DNA of 32,000 nt from Nanoarchaeum equitans Kin4-M (GTDB taxonomy: Archaea > Nanobdellota > Nanobdellia > Nanobdellales > Nanoarchaeaceae). Below the pieces are notes generated by a model that worked only from the letters and a program-made list of their open reading frames with translations, made no database searches and was not told the DNA's origin. The stretch is from positions 180,001 through 212,000 of the forward strand of contig AE017199.1 of NCBI GenBank assembly GCA_000008085.1, written 5' to 3'. A program made the translations under genes and the position numbers. Shown in pieces: positions 18,657 through 28,038 of the stretch; position 1 is the stretch's first letter; every line of letters begins with the position of its first letter.

Positions 18657-18791
18657 ATGGAAAAAGATTTGTCCCCTTTAGGGATATATAGATTTTCATT
18701 AGAAGATAGAAAAGGAATAGACCCTAAAACATTAGTATATTTCATAATAGGTTTGGTTATAGCCGATATAATAATATATAAATTGCTATGA
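18657..18791 (+). CDS. secG: Sec61-beta/SecG-like preprotein translocase subunit (44 aa), not in supplied ORF track
   Basis: Hand translation MEKDLSPLGIYRFSLEDRKGIDPKTLVYFIIGLVIADIIIYKLL*; matches Sec61-beta plan (G-x-x-R/Y-F ... IDPKT followed by one TM). TTTTAAA box about 23.5 bp upstream; stop overlaps next ATG (ATGA). Confidence 0.82.
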   Translation: MEKDLSPLGIYRFSLEDRKGIDPKTLVYFIIGLVIADIIIYKLL

Positions 18792-19201
18792 TCGAAGAGG
18801 CGATACATTCTTACAATAACGCTGTATTCTATATAAGGTCTGCGCTATTAGATAAAAGAACAAAGGATACATTTATAGAAGGGTTAAAGAGATTGGCAAA
18901 AGCATATGAAGAAATATTTAGAGCTTTGTTATTGCTAAAAGATGTTGAACCCCCTAAAAATCCATATATAATGATGGAAAAAACCATAGAATTATATCCG
19001 GAATTAAAAGAGCATTACGAATTCTATAAAAAAATAAAAGAATGGTTATCCAAAGATATAAAAGCTGAAAATGAAGGGACTAGCAAATTTACTATATACA
19101 TAAATGGCACTACCTTATATTTAAAAGATATGCGCAAACTTTCTAAAGATTTAGAAATTTTGTTTGAGCGCTTTAAGAGATATTTAAATGCAATAGAATA
19201 A
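18788..19201 (+). CDS. Hypothetical helical protein
   Basis: 137-aa ORF, 4-nt overlap with the upstream Sec61-beta-like gene; charged helical N-terminus. Confidence 0.65.
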   Translation: MIEEAIHSYNNAVFYIRSALLDKRTKDTFIEGLKRLAKAYEEIFRALLLLKDVEPPKNPYIMMEKTIELYPELKEHYEFYKKIKEWLSKDIKAENEGTSKFTIYINGTTLYLKDMRKLSKDLEILFERFKRYLNAIE

Positions 19202-19208
19202 ATCGGTA

Positions 19209-19997
19209 ATGCCTATAGTAGTTGATAAACTAATAGAATATTTCGAAAAAGAGTTGGGTAAACCATTAAAGAACAAACGCTATTGGATAAATAAAGGGAA
19301 AGAGGGTGATACGGTTATTAGTTTGTATAAAGAAAAACCATTTATCTTAAAAAGAGTAAAATTTGAGGACTTTTATAAGTTTTTGTCTATAAGCTCTGCG
19401 ACCAAAATGAACAAATTTCTATTTGTGGGCAAAGTAATAGAAAAACCAACATATTATTTGGTTGATGTGAAAGGCATATTCGTATATGGAGTAAAAAAAG
19501 TTTACCAATGTTTAGGAAACCCAGAATTCAAAATAGAAGGAGAATTTTTAAAATACAAACTATATAGATTAGATAATAGGGAATATTTCTATATAGAGAA
19601 AAACTTAGAAATAATGCTTAACACCAATGGGTTAACCATAAACCAGGGCAAAGAGTTAAAACAAAGAATAAACATGGAAGAATATATTTATACTAAATCG
19701 ATAGACCCAAGAGAGGTTTTTTCGATAATAGATAGTATAATAAAAGAATTTGAACAAAAAGCTTTGTCTTTAGAATATGCAGCATTAACAAAAAAAGATT
19801 TGGCTTTTAGCATTAAAAGGGAATATAACGATTTAGTTTTTAGAGCGTGGTATTGCTCTAGAAAAAGTAACATACCAAAAATATGCGAAAACCCCTTGGC
19901 TTATAAACCAGAATTGGTTTATGAACAATATTACCAAGGGATGAAAAAATTAGAAATACTATTATTGCCTAAAGATATAGAAATAAAAGAGAAATGA
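19209..19997 (+). CDS. Hypothetical protein
   Basis: 262-aa ORF in tandem with dph2; TTTAAA box 23.5 bp upstream of ATG. Confidence 0.65.
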   Translation: MPIVVDKLIEYFEKELGKPLKNKRYWINKGKEGDTVISLYKEKPFILKRVKFEDFYKFLSISSATKMNKFLFVGKVIEKPTYYLVDVKGIFVYGVKKVYQCLGNPEFKIEGEFLKYKLYRLDNREYFYIEKNLEIMLNTNGLTINQGKELKQRINMEEYIYTKSIDPREVFSIIDSIIKEFEQKALSLEYAALTKKDLAFSIKREYNDLVFRAWYCSRKSNIPKICENPLAYKPELVYEQYYQGMKKLEILLLPKDIEIKEK

Positions 19998-20884
19998 AAG
20001 TTTTTGTTCAATACCCAGAGGGGCTAAAAAATAAACTATTCGAAATAGAGCAAAAATTAAGAGAAAAAGGTTATAATCCAATATTTGATGCAGAACCAAC
20101 CTATGGGTTTTGTGATTTGAAAGATGATATAGCAATAGAGTTAGGTTGCGAAGCTATAATACATATAGGACATAACTCTTTCGGTTTTGAGCATTTGCTA
20201 AAAAATTCTAAAATCCCAATAATTATAGAGGAATATAGATACGAAATAGATGAAGAAGCTGTAAACGAGACATTAAAATATATAGATGTTATAAAGCATA
20301 AAAAATTGGGCATAGTTAGCTCTTTGCAATATTTGAATTATGTGTATTATTTGAAGGACAAACTAAAAGGTTTCGAAATAGTTATACCAAAGAACCCCCA
20401 AATATTGGGATGCAATGTAATTAATGCTAAATCCATAGAAAATAAAGTTGATGCTTTTTTAATTCCAACAGATGGCAAATTTTATAGCTTGGGATTAGCC
20501 TTACAAACGAACAAACCAGTATACGCTTTCGATCTAGGATTAAGAAAAATTTATAGCTTAGAAAAAGAAAAACAGAAATATTTAACAATAAAATGGTTTT
20601 ATTTATCCAAATTCGAAGAAGCAAAAAAAGTTGGTATCTTAGTTTCATGGAAAAAGGGCCAACTATTTTATAACCCATATGAAGTTAAGGAAAAAATAGA
20701 ATCGCTAGGGAAAAAAGCTATTATTTTAGCTTTCGATGAAATAGATCCTAACAAAATAATTGGCTTAGATTTAGATTTTTATGTTAATTTGGCCTGTCCA
20801 AGAATTTTTGATAATTATAAAAAATTTGACAAACCCATATTGAATTGGGTAGACATTTTTAAACATTATTTTGTTAAAAGCTAA
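19994..20884 (+). CDS. dph2: Diphthamide biosynthesis radical enzyme Dph2
   Basis: VFVQYPEGLKNK...YGFCDLKDD...IHIGHNSFG...QILGCNVINA...LACPRI; three Cys for the 4Fe-4S cluster. Confidence 0.88.
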   Translation: MKVFVQYPEGLKNKLFEIEQKLREKGYNPIFDAEPTYGFCDLKDDIAIELGCEAIIHIGHNSFGFEHLLKNSKIPIIIEEYRYEIDEEAVNETLKYIDVIKHKKLGIVSSLQYLNYVYYLKDKLKGFEIVIPKNPQILGCNVINAKSIENKVDAFLIPTDGKFYSLGLALQTNKPVYAFDLGLRKIYSLEKEKQKYLTIKWFYLSKFEEAKKVGILVSWKKGQLFYNPYEVKEKIESLGKKAIILAFDEIDPNKIIGLDLDFYVNLACPRIFDNYKKFDKPILNWVDIFKHYFVKS

Positions 20885-21118
20885 ATGCCAGCCCATAGCT
20901 GGGAAAAAATGCTAAAACAAAGTGGGCATAAACATGGTAAACTATTAAAAATATTAAAACATAATAAACCTAAAGAAAGAAAATTTGGCAAAGGCGCTAG
21001 GAGATGCGAAAGGTGTGGTAGATACGATGGTATAATAAGAAGGTATGGACTATATTTATGCAAAGACTGCTTTAAAGAAGTGGCACACGAATTAGGATTC
21101 TTTAAATGGGGAGAATAG
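20885..21118 (+). CDS. rps14: Ribosomal protein S14 (uS14, zinc-binding)
   Basis: [41 protein letters not shown]. Confidence 0.93.
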   Translation: MPAHSWEKMLKQSGHKHGKLLKILKHNKPKERKFGKGARRCERCGRYDGIIRRYGLYLCKDCFKEVAHELGFFKWGE

Positions 21119-21522
21119 ATAGCATAGACATAAAAATTTTATCTATTTTAGAGGAAAACGCTAGGACAAAATTTACTGATATAGCTAAAACATTAAACCT
21201 TACAGAGGCAGCAATTAGAAAAAGAATAAAGAAACTGGAAGAAAACCAAATAATAAAACGCTATTCTATAGATATAGACTATAAAAAATTAGGATACAAC
21301 ATGGCAATCATTGGCTTAGACATAGATATGGATTATTTCCCAAAAATAATAAAGGAATTGGAAAAAAGGAAAGAGTTTTTGCATATATATTCATCTGCAG
21401 GCGACCATGATATAATGGTTATAGCAATATACAAAGATTTAGAGGAAATTTATAATTATTTGAAAAACTTAAAAGGAGTAAAAAGGGTTTGCCCAGCAAT
21501 AATTATAGATCAAATTAAATAA
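21106..21522 (+). CDS. Lrp/AsnC-family transcriptional regulator
   Basis: N-terminal [53 protein letters not shown] plus RAM-like domain. Confidence 0.88.
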   Translation: MGRIDSIDIKILSILEENARTKFTDIAKTLNLTEAAIRKRIKKLEENQIIKRYSIDIDYKKLGYNMAIIGLDIDMDYFPKIIKELEKRKEFLHIYSSAGDHDIMVIAIYKDLEEIYNYLKNLKGVKRVCPAIIIDQIK

Positions 21523-22403
21523 ATATTAATTCTTATCCTATATTTTCTTACTCCAATGTCGCCCACAATTTTATAATCATAATGTTTTATTTCTCTTAGT
21601 TGGCTTGCTATATCAATTATTTCTTTTACTTTTTGTTCTATCTCTTTTTCATGGGCGAAACTATATAAATGGATATACTTTTTAGCTAAAACTAAAGCTT
21701 CAAAAATAAAATGCTCTCCCCCTTTTGGAAGGGGCATTATTATTCGATCGAAATATTCTATACCAGGCTTCAGCTCTTCTATCAATTTGGTATTATAATA
21801 TTGGTTTAGCAAATCGTAATATTCTTCATTAGTATAAACCAAATCCAATTCTGGTTTAGCTTTTAATAATTCGTTAACATATTTTGTTACAATCCCCTCT
21901 TTGTTATGCAAATTTCTTATATATTTCCAAGCTATTCCAAAATCGGCTAAAATTGTATCGACATTAACTTTGTTTAGTTTAGTATTTATTATTCCATATT
22001 TTACTGCCCATGGATTTAATTCTATAGATTTTATTTGAACTTTTCTATGTTTAGCAATAACAATAGGATATGGGTTAACCCCTGCAAAGGGTATTAAAAT
22101 TTTTTCATTGTCCTTAACTAGATCTATAAACTCTTTTCTTTCTGTGCTAAGCCTTGGGGAGAAATAGACTTTATCTACTCTTAATTTAAACACACATTTG
22201 TTTTCTTTATAGGTTGTTTCCAATATTGGTTCTCCATATAATAGTTTTAGTTTAGGCAATCTTAATTCAGTTTCTAATTTGTCAGTTTTTAGGTATATGG
22301 CTTTAACATATTTGTGATGCTTTAATATTTTGTTTACAATTTTATCTAAATCATCAACAGGGGGATAAATTATAGCGATTTCTCCAATAATATCATAACT
22401 CAT
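21510..22403 (-). CDS. trm5: tRNA(Guanine37-N1)-methyltransferase Trm5 family
   Basis: ILIPFAGVNPYPIVIAKH, SIELNPWAVKYG, DRIIMPLPKGGEHFIFEAL. Confidence 0.85.
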   Translation of the reverse strand: MSYDIIGEIAIIYPPVDDLDKIVNKILKHHKYVKAIYLKTDKLETELRLPKLKLLYGEPILETTYKENKCVFKLRVDKVYFSPRLSTERKEFIDLVKDNEKILIPFAGVNPYPIVIAKHRKVQIKSIELNPWAVKYGIINTKLNKVNVDTILADFGIAWKYIRNLHNKEGIVTKYVNELLKAKPELDLVYTNEEYYDLLNQYYNTKLIEELKPGIEYFDRIIMPLPKGGEHFIFEALVLAKKYIHLYSFAHEKEIEQKVKEIIDIASQLREIKHYDYKIVGDIGVRKYRIRINIYLI

Positions 22404-25400
22404 TTTTTAACGAAAATTTTAACTTTATGGCCTTTTATATTGTATTCCTCAACCAAATCCCATTCTTCGTTTTCGCTAAATTCGGCATTAACTCTATTCT
22501 TTATTAAATCTTCGAAGCCTTTATAATCGATACCTTCTATTTTTAACTTTATAGGTTGGTATTTCTTTAGTTTTAGCTTTTTCCTCGCTTCTTGTATTCT
22601 TCTTATGGTTTCTCTTATTAGGCCTTCCCTTATTAGATTGCTATCTAATTTAAAGCTTAAGCCGACTTCTATGTCATTAACGATAACATCATCTATTCCT
22701 TCTTTAGTATAAACTATTTCTTTTACATTCAATACTTCTTTTAATATCTCTTCTATCTCTTTAGGCAATTGCTTGCTTATATACAATTTTGGTAAAGGCC
22801 ATCTAATTCCTATTCCATGCTTGTTTCTTAAAGAATTGGCCATCTCTATTACTTTTTTCATTATTTCTATTTCCTCTAAATATTGGAACTCTATTTTCTC
22901 TGGTTCTGGATAAGGCAATAGATGTACGCTTTCCTCTTTATAACCTAATTCGTCTCTCATTTTTTGATATAGATATTCGGCACTAAATGGAATTATTGGG
23001 GCTATGGCTCTTATTAGTTTGTCTAAGCTATACTTTAATACATACAAAATAGTAGCTGCATCATCTTTTGATTTTTCTATTCTTTCTCTATTGACTTTTA
23101 TATAGAACCTACTTAGCTCTAACCAGAATTCCTCTAAGGGTTTTGGCGCTTTCCATATTTGATAGTTCTCGAAGTAATTAATAGTTTCTTCAATAGCTTT
23201 GTTTATTTTGTATATAACGTATTGGTCAACAATGTTCAATTTTTTGGGTTCTGGGTTTACTTTTAGATATTCTTTTTGATCGAAATAGTATTTTACTATA
23301 TTATATAGTATATTTAAGTTGGATTGTTTCTCCTTTATTCCGTCTATTCTTAATATTAAATCTTGGTAAGGCCCAGTCGCTTGTATTGTGAATAGCCTAA
23401 CAGCATCTGCTCCATATTTTTCCATTAGCTCTCTTGCATATATGAAATTGCCTAACGATTTAGACATCTTTCTACCTTGTTCATCCAATACAAAACCGCT
23501 AACATATACATTTTTGTATGGACTTTGGTTAGTATATAATACGCCTTCTCCCAATAGAGAATAGAACCACCCTCTTATTTGGTCCCAGCCTTCTAATATA
23601 AAGTCGAATGGATAAAATATTTTATAAGCCTCTTCATTATCGAATGTGGCATAGAAAGCCCCACCGGAGTCTAGCCATACATCTAAAACATCGGGCTCTC
23701 TCTTCATTGGTCTCCCACATACAGGGCATTTGATTTCTATATTGTCTATCCATGGTTTATGCAAATCATAAGAATACACTCTTAATATCGTATAAGAATC
23801 GCCTCCAAACCTATATACATAGTATTTTTCTTTTAGTTTTTGCTCTAATTCGTTTGCGTCTCTATTTGTTAATATTATTGCTTCTTTCTCTTTTTCTATT
23901 ACCGATTCTACATCATCGGTTTCTATAAAATCTCCAAAATGGGTTTTTATATAATCTTTATCTAATTCTTTGTGCTTAACTATTATTATAAATCTTTTTA
24001 ATGTTAACCCAGAATACTTTTCTAATTCCTCTTTCGAAGAGATAACTAAATAATGATTATTTTCACATTTCCAGATTGGCAATGGAATACCCCAGAACCT
24101 TTGTCTTGAAATGGCCCAATCTCTTATATTGGATAGCCATTGTAACATAGCTCTTTTAGCCTTTTCAGGAACCCAATTGACTTTAGATGCTTCCTCAATC
24201 ATTTTGTTTTTGTATGCAGTTACTTTCCAATACCATTCCTCTGTAACTCTAAATATAAGCTTACTCTTACATCTCTCACATACAGGGTAATTATGCTTTA
24301 TTTTGTCTTTATGGAATAGTAATCCTTTTTTCTCTAATAATTCTATAAATTTATCGTCATCTTTTTTGGCTACCCAGCCTTTAAATGGCTCTCTAACAAA
24401 GGAACCATCTTCTTTCAAATCATTAAATGGAGGAACATTGTATTTTAGACCGACTTCAAAATCTTCTGGCCCACAACCTGGGGCAGCATGTACTAAACCA
24501 GTACCTTCTTCTAAAGAGACATATTCTTCGCTTAACCATACGGTATGTACATTTTTGTATTGTTTTTTCAATTCGTCATATATTTCTTTCCATTCCTCAT
24601 AGAATGGGGGATAATATTCTAATCCCTCTAAGTCTTTGCCTTGCACTTCTTTTAGTATTTTGTATTTATGTCCCAAAGTTACCAAAACTATTAATCTATC
24701 TTTAGCTATATAAAGCTTTTCGCCATTCTCTAACTCAACTAAAACATAAGTAGCATTAGGGTTAACCATTACTCCCAAATTGTATGGCAAAGTCCATGGA
24801 GTAGTAGTCCATATTAATAGATAAGCATCTTCATTTTTTAGAGGGAATTTAACAAAAATAGAAGGATCTTCCACTTCTTTATATATTACTTCATAGTTTG
24901 GAGCTAAAGCTGTTTGACATCTAGGACACCAATGAACTACATATTTACCTTTGTATAATAACCCTTCTTCCCAGGCTTTTTTAATTATTTTCCATATTCT
25001 TTCTATATAGTTATTATCGTAAGTAAAATAGGGATTATCATAATCTGCTAATACCCCTAACCTTTTGAAAGAGCTTATTTGTTTGTTTATATTTTTGTAA
25101 GCGAATTGTCTCGCTTCTTCTATAAATTTGTCTACCCCATATTTAATTATATCATCCTTATTTGTAAAACCGTGCTCTTTTTCTAATTTAACCTCTATAG
25201 GTAAACCATGAGTATCAAAACCGGGCCTAACATATATTTTATAACCTCTCATTAGTCTATATCTGATTTCAGAATCCCTTAATGCCCTACCCCAGGCATG
25301 GCCCACATGTATATCGTCATTAGCGAATGGTGGACCATCTAAATAAGACCATTTCTTCCCACTTTTCAAAGATTTTGCTAATAGCCTATGCGTTAATCCT

Positions 25401-25450
25401 ATAGATTTCCAATATTCTAATATTTGCTTTTCTATCTCTGGAGAATACAT
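22400..25450 (-). CDS. ileS: Isoleucyl-tRNA synthetase
   Basis: YLDGPPFANDDIHVGHAWGRALRD; DVLDVWLDSGGA; GRKMSKSLGN. Confidence 0.96.
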   Translation of the reverse strand: MYSPEIEKQILEYWKSIGLTHRLLAKSLKSGKKWSYLDGPPFANDDIHVGHAWGRALRDSEIRYRLMRGYKIYVRPGFDTHGLPIEVKLEKEHGFTNKDDIIKYGVDKFIEEARQFAYKNINKQISSFKRLGVLADYDNPYFTYDNNYIERIWKIIKKAWEEGLLYKGKYVVHWCPRCQTALAPNYEVIYKEVEDPSIFVKFPLKNEDAYLLIWTTTPWTLPYNLGVMVNPNATYVLVELENGEKLYIAKDRLIVLVTLGHKYKILKEVQGKDLEGLEYYPPFYEEWKEIYDELKKQYKNVHTVWLSEEYVSLEEGTGLVHAAPGCGPEDFEVGLKYNVPPFNDLKEDGSFVREPFKGWVAKKDDDKFIELLEKKGLLFHKDKIKHNYPVCERCKSKLIFRVTEEWYWKVTAYKNKMIEEASKVNWVPEKAKRAMLQWLSNIRDWAISRQRFWGIPLPIWKCENNHYLVISSKEELEKYSGLTLKRFIIIVKHKELDKDYIKTHFGDFIETDDVESVIEKEKEAIILTNRDANELEQKLKEKYYVYRFGGDSYTILRVYSYDLHKPWIDNIEIKCPVCGRPMKREPDVLDVWLDSGGAFYATFDNEEAYKIFYPFDFILEGWDQIRGWFYSLLGEGVLYTNQSPYKNVYVSGFVLDEQGRKMSKSLGNFIYARELMEKYGADAVRLFTIQATGPYQDLILRIDGIKEKQSNLNILYNIVKYYFDQKEYLKVNPEPKKLNIVDQYVIYKINKAIEETINYFENYQIWKAPKPLEEFWLELSRFYIKVNRERIEKSKDDAATILYVLKYSLDKLIRAIAPIIPFSAEYLYQKMRDELGYKEESVHLLPYPEPEKIEFQYLEEIEIMKKVIEMANSLRNKHGIGIRWPLPKLYISKQLPKEIEEILKEVLNVKEIVYTKEGIDDVIVNDIEVGLSFKLDSNLIREGLIRETIRRIQEARKKLKLKKYQPIKLKIEGIDYKGFEDLIKNRVNAEFSENEEWDLVEEYNIKGHKVKIFVKK

Positions 25451-25470
25451 ATATTGTTATATGCATAAAA

Positions 25471-25478
25471 TTTTAAAA
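25471..25478. promoter_or_regulatory. Shared bidirectional TATA box candidate (ileS / spt4)
   Basis: Palindromic TTTTAAAA centred at 25474.5, 24.5 bp from 25450 and 23.5 bp from 25498. Confidence 0.6.
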
Positions 25479-25497
25479 AATATGTTCTATACGAAAG

Positions 25498-25695
25498 ATG
25501 CCCAAGCCAAAGAGGAAGGTATGTCTAAAATGTAAAGCCATACTCCCCATGGATGTTGAGAAATGCCCTTACTGTGGGGGCACAGAGTTTACAACAGAAT
25601 TCGAAGGGATAATAATTATAGTAAATAAAGAGAAAAGCGAAGTAGCTAAAGTGGCTGGTATTGATAAAGAAGGCAAATTCGCCATTAAAATATAA
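25498..25695 (+). CDS. spt4: Transcription elongation factor Spt4 (RpoE2)
   Basis: VCLKCKAILPMDVEKCPYCGGTEFTTEFEGIIIIVNKEKSEVAKVAGI...GKFAIKI. Confidence 0.9.
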   Translation: MPKPKRKVCLKCKAILPMDVEKCPYCGGTEFTTEFEGIIIIVNKEKSEVAKVAGIDKEGKFAIKI

Positions 25696-26219
25696 TGGAT
25701 CCAAAGAAAATATCTGTTTTGGAAAAACATGGTTTCAATGTGCCGAAAAGGGTTATTGGAAAAAAAGCCCCATTCAAAGAATGCTCAGCAAGGGTTTTTG
25801 GAGAGATAGATTTTGAAAAGCTAAAAAATTACAAATACAAAATTTCTAACCATAAACCTTACTTTGTTTATTACCTAAAACCTTGTAATTTGGATTTCGC
25901 AGATGGTTATGTAGAAATATACGATGTAACAAATAAAGATGTTATTGCCTCTTTAATTATAGATTATAAGAACAAATATTTTGAAGGGGAAAACCAAGGC
26001 TATATAAGAAGGATTACTAGAGAAGGAATAAAAGAGTTTTATGGACATTTCAAAAATTATTTAGAGATTAATGGTTTTATTAAAAGCGATTTAGTTTATA
26101 GAGTAATAAAAGAGTTAATAAAGAAAAACATAGATGGGATCGTTGAAATTACTATACATAGACATAAGCATGGAGTGTTTAGAAAAAACTATATTGCTTG
26201 GGAGTTTATACCACAATAG
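25695..26219 (+). CDS. Hypothetical protein
   Basis: 174-aa ORF with TAATG junction to spt4. Confidence 0.65.
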   Translation: MDPKKISVLEKHGFNVPKRVIGKKAPFKECSARVFGEIDFEKLKNYKYKISNHKPYFVYYLKPCNLDFADGYVEIYDVTNKDVIASLIIDYKNKYFEGENQGYIRRITREGIKEFYGHFKNYLEINGFIKSDLVYRVIKELIKKNIDGIVEITIHRHKHGVFRKNYIAWEFIPQ

Positions 26220-27111
26220 TTATAGCGTTCTTAAACTTTATTGGATAGTTTTTCGATGTAATAATTATTTTTAAGTCAGCTTTTTCCTTTAAAAAGCAGT
26301 CCCATTTCATTTTATAAGACAAAGGTTTCGCTTTGATTAAACCAAACTTAATTTGATACAATATTGGAATATTATATTTGGGCTTAGCTTTGTAATCATT
26401 AATAATTGGATCGCCCTTCCTACATTCTTTAGAGTTTACCGAATAAACTATTATTTTGTGTCCCCTAAAATAGTTTTTTAGAAATGCCAAAACATCCAAT
26501 ATGTATTCCCAGTATTCTATATTTATTACAGAGCTTACTACTGCTATAACTATTTTAGCATGTCCTTCCATATGGAATATATTAGCATAAAGTTTTCCTT
26601 TCATTGATTTTTTCCAATTTATATAACGGGCAGGCCCATATTTATATTCTTCTATTCCATAAAATTCTAATCCCTCTTTGGCTTTAACTTTCATAATAGT
26701 ATTGCCCTTTAATATAGAGGCTTTTAGCAATTTTATGGGATATCTCTTTTTTCTTAAAGGTAATACAAAAAACCTTACAGGGCTTTCGTTAATAAAAAAC
26801 AAAGGGTTTATTTTATAGCCATATATCGTTGGGTTTCCTTCGTAAGGAGTTTTTATTATTTTTTCCTCAAATGGATATAAACTTACTAATATATTTTCGA
26901 TATGCCCATTTTTTGTTAAAAACTCTATCGAAACAACTATAGGCAAAAAGCTGTTTTTTATTTTAATAGTTAGTTTATCCCCTCTTAAAAATTTTATCTT
27001 AATTAGCTTAGTATATAAAATAAGCAATAAATACAATGGCAACAAAAATAAAATTATTGATTTATGCAAATAGTATTCTATTAAAGATGCGATGAAAAAT
27101 TGTAACATCAT
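26206..27111 (-). CDS. DUF58-family membrane protein
   Basis: Two N-terminal TM segments, KYGPARYINWKKSMKGKLYANIF motif, partner MoxR gene. Confidence 0.78.
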   Translation of the reverse strand: MMLQFFIASLIEYYLHKSIILFLLPLYLLLILYTKLIKIKFLRGDKLTIKIKNSFLPIVVSIEFLTKNGHIENILVSLYPFEEKIIKTPYEGNPTIYGYKINPLFFINESPVRFFVLPLRKKRYPIKLLKASILKGNTIMKVKAKEGLEFYGIEEYKYGPARYINWKKSMKGKLYANIFHMEGHAKIVIAVVSSVINIEYWEYILDVLAFLKNYFRGHKIIVYSVNSKECRKGDPIINDYKAKPKYNIPILYQIKFGLIKAKPLSYKMKWDCFLKEKADLKIIITSKNYPIKFKNAITIVV

Positions 27112-28010
27112 AGTCTTTCTTCTGGAACTTTAGTATGCAATATTGCATCTTCAATTATTTCTTCGGGTTTAACTTCAAATTCTGGGTTTAGGAATATTCT
27201 ATGCCTAAAGCAATCCATAATTAGATATTTTATATCATCAGTAATAACATATTCCCTATTATTAAGAAAAGCCAAAGTTTTTGCCGCTTTTATTAGATAT
27301 ATAACCCCCCTAGGAGAAATACCAAAAGCTACAGCTTTATTGTTGTTTATTCTTTTAACCAAATCTAAAATATAGTCTATAACCCTTCTACTTACCCTAA
27401 CTTTAGAAATATTATTCTTTACAAATTCGATAAATTCTAAATTTATTACCGGTTTTATGTTGTCTAAAGAAAAATATGGATAATTCTCTATTATTGCACT
27501 ATAATCTTTTGGATAACCCATTTCTATTTTAAACATAAATCTATCTAATTGTGCTGCAGGTAATGGGTATACGCCTTCTTCTTCTATTGGATTTTGAGTA
27601 GCAATAACAAAAAATGGTTTAGGTAATTGAAATGTTTTCCCCTCTATTGTTATTTGTTTTTCCTGCATTGCTTCTAACAAAGCACTTTGCGTTTTTGGAG
27701 GAGCCCTATTTATTTCGTCAGCTAAAATAATATTAGCGAATATTGGACCTTTAATGAACTCTAATTGGTTATTCCTGTAAATAAAATAGCCAGTTATATC
27801 TGAAGGCAATAAATCCGGCACAAATTGGATTCTTTTGAATTGCAAATTTATAGCTTTAGCAAAAGCTTTTGCTAAAGTGGTTTTTGCTATTCCAGGAGGG
27901 CCTTCTAATAGAACATGGCCTTCATTTACTAAAGCGATAAACAATTTTATAACAACATCATCATAGCCTATTACAGCTTTGTTTATCTCTTTTATTAATG
28001 GGGCAAGCAT
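27108..28010 (-). CDS. MoxR-family AAA ATPase
   Basis: EGPPGIAKTTLAKAFA Walker A, ILADEINRAPPKTQSALLEAMQEKQIT, FFVIATQNPIEEEGVYPLPAAQLDRFMFK. Confidence 0.95.
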   Translation of the reverse strand: MLAPLIKEINKAVIGYDDVVIKLFIALVNEGHVLLEGPPGIAKTTLAKAFAKAINLQFKRIQFVPDLLPSDITGYFIYRNNQLEFIKGPIFANIILADEINRAPPKTQSALLEAMQEKQITIEGKTFQLPKPFFVIATQNPIEEEGVYPLPAAQLDRFMFKIEMGYPKDYSAIIENYPYFSLDNIKPVINLEFIEFVKNNISKVRVSRRVIDYILDLVKRINNNKAVAFGISPRGVIYLIKAAKTLAFLNNREYVITDDIKYLIMDCFRHRIFLNPEFEVKPEEIIEDAILHTKVPEERL

Positions 28011-28038
28011 TTATAATTCGTTATATCATTATTCAAAA

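Noticed and set aside
27108-28010. MoxR + DUF58 pair as a possible novel defence or chaperone system
   Set aside because: This pairing is common in archaea and bacteria; no extra effector genes adjoin it here, only nmd3 and a 174-aa orphan.
27979-28038. 20-aa N-terminal extension of the Nmd3 ORF
   Set aside because: It overlaps the divergent MoxR gene start, is not Nmd3-like, and the promoter box fits ATG 28039.
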